Of a DNA stretch of 52,516 nt, positions 45,966 to 52,516 are shown in pieces. The translations under genes and the position numbers were made by a program. How positions within the stretch are numbered: the first letter of the stretch is position 1; each line of letters opens with the position of its first letter. Origin of the DNA: Octopus bimaculoides. Taxonomy: Eukaryota. Below the pieces are notes generated by a model, which ran no database searches, was not told where the DNA came from, and worked only from the letters and a program-made list of their open reading frames with translations. The DNA lies in contig NC_068985.1 in the NCBI RefSeq assembly GCF_001194135.2, forward strand, positions 92,118,107 to 92,170,622, given 5' to 3'.

Positions 45966-46759
45966 GATGACTCATTGCCGTTCAATATCTTATAAATACG
46001 AGAAGAAAACAGGAAAGCAATAATGTTCATTCATTTTTTTTTTGTTTTATCACTGTAAGTGAAGAGAAATGAAATGGTTTCAATGAGAAATCGAAACCGC
46101 ATCGACTTGTTATCTCATCATATGTTTTATGTAATTACTCTGTAGCGTTAGATTACATTTGGCTTGAAATATTAATTCTTTTCATTTGACTGGAATATAT
46201 GTGCTTCGCGTTTGGAGCACAGTTGGGGGTATCTATTTGCCGCCTTTTAATTATATATTAAGAAAGAAAACTTTTTCAGCCTTAAGACTAAAACATTAAT
46301 TTATCTTGCTACAGACTCTGGATTCGTTAAATTAATTAGTAATTATTATTCTCATAACAAATGCTCGCCACAGTTTCTTATGCTCTCCCTACTCCTAGTT
46401 AAGAGGGGAAAGTTTTATGTGGATTGAGTGTCGAATAGAGGATTGTCGTAAAGTGCCTGAAAATTAAGATGATGCGGTTTCAATTTAGAGCCGTGCCAGT
46501 TTACTTGGTAACCTCTTTGTGGTGGATCAATCTGCTAGAAATAACAGTCAAAACTATGCCGTTTAAGAGAAACACTTTAAATAATATTCTGTCGTGTCTG
46601 GGGAGAGTCATTTTTTTTGTGCCTTATAATTTAACACACTCACCGGTAAAATTTCCACTTATTTCTTATTTTTATTTTCTTAAAATTATCGTTGCGTCTT
46701 GCAACCTTTTCAATAGTCTTGACTGTCCGTTACTTACACTGCGCTCTTTTTGTTTGTTT

Positions 46760-47340
46760 GTACGCATGTGTGTGGGTCAGTGTGTGTGTGTGTGTGTGCC
46801 TATGCATGCATGTATGTATATATGTATGTATGTATGTATGTATGCATGTGTGTGTATATGTATATATGTGTGTGTATGCATATGTATATATGTATGTGTG
46901 TGCATCTGTATGTATGTATTCTGCATATTCATGTGTTTTCACGTCCGTGTTTGTGTATTTTTAATGTATGTGTGTGTGCGTGTGTTTGTAAATGTATGCC
47001 ACTCTGACTTCTTGTGTGTGTATGTCTGAGTGTGTGTGAGTGTTTTGCAACTATGTACCGTGTTATGTATGTATGGATGTGCATCTCCATCTCTATGGAC
47101 GTGTGTCTCCATATGTGTCCTTGTGTGAAGTAAAGTGTGTGTGTATATGTGGCCATGTGTTTCAGTCTCCATTTGCGTATGTGTGCTTGTCTGTTCACAT
47201 AACCTATGTACCTATCCGTCTGTGTGTTGATCTGTTTATTTTCATATCCATATGCTTACATACATGTGCATATACACATACATACATACACCCCTACACA
47301 CATATACATTCATCTATCTACATAACAGTACACTAACTAT
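46760..47340. repeat. Degenerate (TG)n/(TATG)n low-complexity region
   Basis: Direct microsatellite-like sequence. Confidence 0.85.
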
Positions 47341-48013
47341 TCTGCTCTACCTGTGTAAACTGTGGGTATGAGGCTATGATATCTACAATGTATATTTCCT
47401 AATTAGTATTGGGGAAGTTTCATTTATAAGGACGTACTCCCGTAAATCTTTAAATAATGTAGTTTTGAATAACCAAGATGCAGTGGTCAGTGTTTAAGCA
47501 CATTTAGTCATAGTTCTGCTGGATCGAAACTGGCGTGTGTCTAAACAACATCAACAACAACAGCTTAACGATTTCATTAGCAATTTCCAGACATCGAGAT
47601 TAACTTCGTGGGGAAGCAGACTCTTTTCCCTGTCTCCTTTCTCTTGACACACAGCAAAAAAAAGACGACTTCCATGACTAAGAAGACAACACACTATCAG
47701 GGAATCTGGATGACTTTTATTGTTATATAGAGGTTTTAAGTACGGCGGAGTGGTGGTATCGTTGGAGCACTGAACAAAATTACTTAGTTCTTCACGTTCG
47801 AATCTCTTTGAAGTCAACATTCATTTTTTTCCCCCGTTAATAAGAGTTCATTCATCCACTTGGGTCGATTCCATTGACTATGATCCCCCCAACTANNNNN
47901 NNNNNCCCCCCCCCCCACTAATAATTCTGATACTTCTGCCAAGAGATTAATATGATAAGCTCTTTAACTCTCTTTAGCTAGTTTCAGCTTGAGAGTTGAA
48001 GCCATGGAACAGA

Positions 48014-48415
48014 TAGGCGTAAGAACCTTCCTTCCCAAGCACATGGTCCTGGGTTCAGTTCCACTGCGTAGCACCTTGGGCAGATGTCTTGTACAATAGC
48101 CTTGAGTCGACCAAAATCTTAGGAATGGATATCGTTGACGGAAACTGAAATAGCCCATCGTATACAAACACACACACACGACGGTGTGTGTGTGTGTGTG
48201 TGTGTCTTTGTCTCTGCGTTTGACAGCTGGTACTGATGTGTTTATGTCTCCGCAACTTAGCGGTTCAAGAAATGGACCCGAGAAAATAAGTACCAGGCTT
48301 TACAACAGAAACGCAAAAAACAGGTTCTGGGATCGATACGTTCGACTAAAAATTATTCAAGACCATGCCCCAGCATGGCCAGAGCCTAATGACTGAAGCA
48401 AGGAAAAGGGAAAAA
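48014..48415 (+). mobile_element. SINE family B
   Basis: CCCAAGCACATGGTCCTGGGTTCAGTTCCACTGCGTAGCACCTTGGGCAGATGTCTT...GCCCCAGCATGGCC...AATGACTGAA. Confidence 0.88.
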
Positions 48416-48464
48416 GAAGAAAACAGAAACTGTTGTCTGGCAATTTGACTCAGCCAAGAAGTTA

Positions 48465-49147
48465 CCCTTTTCTACACCAGGCACAAGGCCCGAAATTTTG
48501 GGGGAGGGGGTCAGTCGATTAGATCGACTCCAATACGCAACTGGTACTTCATTTATCAATCCTGAAAGGATGAAAGGCAAAGTCGACCTCGGTAGAATTT
48601 GAACTCGGAACGTAAAGACAGACGAAATACCGCTAAGCATTTCGCCCGGCATGCTAACGTTTCTTATTTCTTTGTTGCCCACAGGGGGCTAAACTTAGAG
48701 GGGACAGACAAGGACAGACAAAGGGATTAAGTCGATTACATCGACCCCAGTACGCAACTGGTACTTAATTTATCAACCCTGAAAGGATGAACGGCAAAGT
48801 CGACCTCGGTGGAATTTGAACTCAGAACCTAAAGACAGACGAAATACCGCTAAGCATCTTCGCCCGGCATGCTAACGTTTCTGNNNNNNNNNNNNNNNNN
48901 NNNNNNNNNNNNNNNNNNNNNNNNNNNNNNNNNNNNNNNNNNNNNNNNNNNNNNNNNNNNNNNNNNNNNNNNNNNNNNNNNNNNNNNNNNNNNNNNNCAG
49001 TACGCAACTGGTACTTAATTTATCAACCCTGAAAGGATGAAAGGCAAAGTCGACCTCGGTAGAATTTGAACTCGGAACCTAAAGACAGACGAAATACCGC
49101 TAAGCATCTTCGCCCGGCATGCTAACGTTTCTGCCAGCTCGCCGCCT
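48465..49147 (-). mobile_element. Tandem array of three family D copies (contains a gap), enclosed by one TSD-like pair
   Basis: Copies at about 48465-48662, 48663-48883 and 48998-49147. Flanked by CCAAGAAGTTA(C/T)CCTTT at 48454-48470 and 49151-49167. Confidence 0.88.
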
Positions 49148-50104
49148 AAACCAAGAAGTTATCCTTTGCACAGCTCCGTTTATTTCAAGTTTGAAATAAA
49201 ACCGTAAAGTTTAGATGAGTTTCAATTTTCATTTATTTATTTCAATGAAAATGTTGGAAAATATCGTTTCTCCCCCAAAGGCAATTTAATTAAAATAACG
49301 ACCTTCTCATTTCTCAGGAATTTGACTCTGATAAGCCATAAGCCACCATCTATACTATATACTGCTCTTCTCTAATTTCTCCACAACCACCTCTATCATC
49401 ATTACCACCGCCACCACCATCAAATCTACTTCTTTTCCTGTTTATTTGTTTTGTTTTTGTTTTTCATCTCTAGTTTTTTTCCCCCTTACGTATTAGCTTG
49501 TTTCGTTTCATTTTTTTTCTTCTCGAATAGACATATTTTCGATACACCATTAACCTCATTAAGCTCTGGCAATTATTTTCAAACATCAGTTGCTTAAGGC
49601 ACCAATAAGCCAATACCTTATAGCGATTCCAATAGATTATGCTGGTGGTGTTGTTGTTGTTGCTGCTGCTGTTGTTTACACAATTTAAAAACACGATATT
49701 TATACCGCAGTGTTTTAGGGAATATATAAATTTAAAGAAGCAGGCCCAAAGAAAAAAAATAAAGCGAATAAGCTAACATGTTATTATTTTTCACACTTGA
49801 AAGAAAAGTTAGTTGTAAAGTAAACGTACTCTGATTGGCGCCAAGTTTGTTAGAGTATTTCCAAATACAAACTTATCGATAAATAAATACCTACTCATAA
49901 ATATATTTACATATTTCGCTAGCTGTTTACATACATCTATCTAAACTCATACATGCACACATACATACATAAACACACATACATAGTTGAGAACCGAGAA
50001 CAGAAGCAGATCATTATATGTATATATACGCATAAATACATACATGCATATATAATATATATATATTCATAAAGTGTGCGTGTGTGTGTTTATATATATA
50101 TCAT

Positions 50105-50301
50105 TCTGTTTTCTTCTTTTAGTTGTTTCCGTCAAATTGACTGCGGCCATGCTGGAGCACCACTTTAGGTCTAACAAATCGACCCCAGCAATTATTCTTT
50201 GTAAGCCTAGTACTTATTCTATCGGTCTCTTTTACCGAACAACTTGGTAACAGGGACGTAAACACACCAACATCCGTTGCCAAGCGATGATGGGCTAATA
50301 A

Positions 50302-50305
<4 letters not shown>
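50105..50305 (-). mobile_element. SINE family B 3' half, ending at (CA)n
   Basis: TTGACTGCGGCCATGCTGGAGCACC...AGTACTTATTCTATCGGTCTCTTTTACCGAAC...GGGACGTAAACACACCAACATC. Confidence 0.85.
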
Positions 50306-50343
<38 letters not shown>

Positions 50344-50399
50344 ACACACGCACACACAGATGTATATGTAGCGTACTTTTCTCTCTCCCTGTTATATAT

Positions 50400-50700
50400 A
50401 CATGGATGTGGACGTAGTAGATAACAGATAGCCCTCGGCCGCGCTTTTGGACCATGTTGTGTCCGCCACTTTGATTGGATGGTATTGGCGCATTTTCTCT
50501 CCTGTTCTATTGCGCGCCAAGATGCAACCCAGCCAATCGCAGCCTTCAGATAAAGTCGCGTGGGACAGTCTTTCTGAACTCCAGTTTGAGCCGATAGTAT
50601 CTCATAAATAGCTAGCTTTTCACCGTCACGGTTTGTCATTCTGTTTCAGACCTTCTGAGGTCTAGCCAGTTCCAGCAGCCTCATGGAGAACACCAGCATC
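50400..50700 (-). pseudogene. Decayed RTE-clade LINE 3' fragment
   Basis: The minus strand reads RLRLAG followed by HNMVQKRGRG..IYYVH (cf. RRLRLAGH...HGxRxRGRP..TYxD). Confidence 0.45.
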
Positions 50701-50791
50701 CAACAGTAAAATTAATTTTTCATAAATGTTTCTTTTTCCTTTTGCTAACCTTTCAAATGTGGAAGGTATTTCTGCCGCACCCTGTGCTAAC

Positions 50792-50852
50792 ATCAGAAAC
50801 GTTGTGTTAACAACAAACAAGATGAGAACAAATAACCATCAAATGGAAATAA
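50792..50852 (+). repeat. 5'-truncated family C tail starting in the hammerhead 3' half
   Basis: ATCAGAAACGTTGTGTTAACAACAAACAAGATGAGAACAAATA.CC.TCAAATG.AAATAA. Confidence 0.75.
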
Positions 50853-51000
50853 GGGAAATTGTTTTCACGTCCCGACTTCATTCGACAAATCCTTCTTCTG
50901 TGATAAACAGATTTTAGTAGGATGTGTTCAAAGTATATTTACAGCCATCCCCATCAATCTGGAATAACAGATATTGGTAGGTCAGATTATAGTTATAATA

Positions 51001-51533
51001 TACAGTGACCCTCGCCATATCGTGGTTTATTATTTAAGCTTACGTCGATTCCTCTGTGGTGTTGTTTTGCATTTATAGTAAAATAAATATATGTTTTTTG
51101 TTCTTTCTCGAGCCATGCCTGGCGCATAAGGGCCGGTTTCCCGGTTTCATTGGTGTATAAGTCCTCCACCTGGACGGGACGCCGGTCAGTCGCAGGTGAG
51201 CTACTAGATGCAGGAGGAAAGAGAGAGAGAAAGTTGTGGCGAAAGAGTCAGCATAAGTTCGCCATTATCTTCTGCCGGAGCCGCGTGGAACTTTGGTGAT
51301 TCGCTCATAAACACACACATCGTCTCTGAGATTCGAACCCGCGATCCCCGCTACCGCACGTCCACTGCTCTAACCACTAGGCCATGTGTCTCCACTAAAA
51401 TAAATATATACAAATTATGATAATAAAAAAATATATAGTGCAGTACCGTTTCTACTTCGCGGATTATCACCTATCGCGGGGTTTTTTGAAACGTAACACT
51501 CGCGATAGTCTAAGAATTGTTATACTGCAAGAG
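51001..51533. mobile_element. Possible Tigger/pogo-like MITE interrupted by a SINE
   Basis: The left end is TA|CAGTGACCCTCGCCATATCGTGG; the right end is a degenerate ACTCGCGATAG...TACTG. Confidence 0.4.
51093..51395 (-). mobile_element. SINE with family-A head and body but a different 3' tail; 14-bp TSD
   Basis: Head GTGGAGACACATGGCCTAGTGG...GGGTTCGAATC, A-like body, and tail CCTGCGACTGACCGGCGTCCCGTCCAGG...GAAACCGGGAAACCGGCCC. Perfect TSD TAAAATAAATATAT at 51079-51092 and 51396-51409. Confidence 0.9.
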
Positions 51534-51927
51534 TGTAGAATCCCCACCAAGTGCCAAGGTGGAATGTTCAACATGGTAACGGTTTGAGTCTATAGGTACG
51601 CAAAGGGGCAAAACAAGAACCACTAGCACCTGGTCCGATTTCTCATAGTTCTGTGAATCGAGCGCTGTGGATTGCTAATATTTCACCGATCTCCAGTACA
51701 CGAAAGGTAAGGTTGACCTTGGCAGCACTTCAACCCAGAAACCAGAAAATTGAAGCATGTACATGTGTGTGTGTGTGTGTGTGTGTGTTTATGTGAAAGA
51801 GAGAAAGGGAGGGAGAGAGGGGGACAGAGAGTGTGTGTGTGTGCGTCTGTCTGTCTCTGTGTATAAGTGTGCATGTGTGTCTGCGTGAAAATATATATAG
51901 ATTAATTTATAAAACAGATGCATATCG

Positions 51928-52050
51928 GAAGAGCGTCGGCTCGAAACGTAAAAGACTTTCTCACTTCCCGAGCGTTAAACTAATATATCTGTTTGTTGTT
52001 TACACAACCGTCTTCGTCTTTTGTTTTGCTTCTTTTTTTAATTCCAACCA
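51928..52050 (+). repeat. Probable Penelope-terminal-repeat-derived fragment beginning with the 3' half of a hammerhead
   Basis: GAGC-GTCG-GCTC hairpin (51931-42) immediately followed by GAAAC-GT-A. No intact CTGANGA upstream. Confidence 0.5.
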
Positions 52051-52516
52051 TATATACATAAGTACATTTATACATACATATACATAGACAAATATACATA
52101 CACACACATGCATACATGTATGCATACACATTAATATATACATTTATATGTGCGTATATGTATATGTGTACGTATACACACAAACACGCGTGCGCACACA
52201 CACATATACATATATGCGATGAAGTTTTTTTTTTTTTAAATGTGTCTTTTATATTTTCTACCTTGGAGACACAGCAACAATTTCTCAGACTTTGATATAA
52301 TCTCGCGTCTGTCGTTTAATCTTTCATCGCAGACGTGAACTTCATTGACCGAGAAGTTTTCAAAATACGTAGCCAGTTTGGTACATTTATTTCAATAATA
52401 TTATCAGGCTCTACGACACGAGAGGAACGCCTTAGTAAGTAAATGGCAAACATCGTTATGGCATAAAATAAGTCGGTTTATTTCTACGATATTTTCTTAG
52501 TTTTCTATATATATAT

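Overview
AT-rich, repeat-dense eukaryotic DNA with 7 assembly gaps and no confidently supportable host gene. The repeat content (several tRNA-derived SINE families, long (AAT)n/(TA)n/(TG)n tracts, R4/Dong, RTE and Penelope remnants) strongly suggests an Octopus genome, in intronic or intergenic sequence; that assignment comes from recognition of the repeats, not from a search. Nearly all ORFs in the supplied track are microsatellite or repeat artefacts. Clearest features: a 2.5-kb non-autonomous Gypsy LTR element (35961-38489; 351-bp LTRs, 4-bp TSD, reiterated tRNA-Trp PBS), an RTE LINE 3' end with three C2H2 fingers, Penelope GIY-YIG and RT remnants, R4/Dong 3' ends sitting in (AAT)n, a MITE-like element with ~122-bp TIRs, and dozens of SINE copies. 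Most interesting signal: a repeated element built as tRNA-like Pol III head + (AAT)n + a minimal type I hammerhead ribozyme fold + short tail (17922-18429, 25361-25699). It is a candidate ribozyme-bearing, possibly Penelope-mobilised SINE. All alignments and translations were done by eye, so boundaries of decayed elements are approximate.
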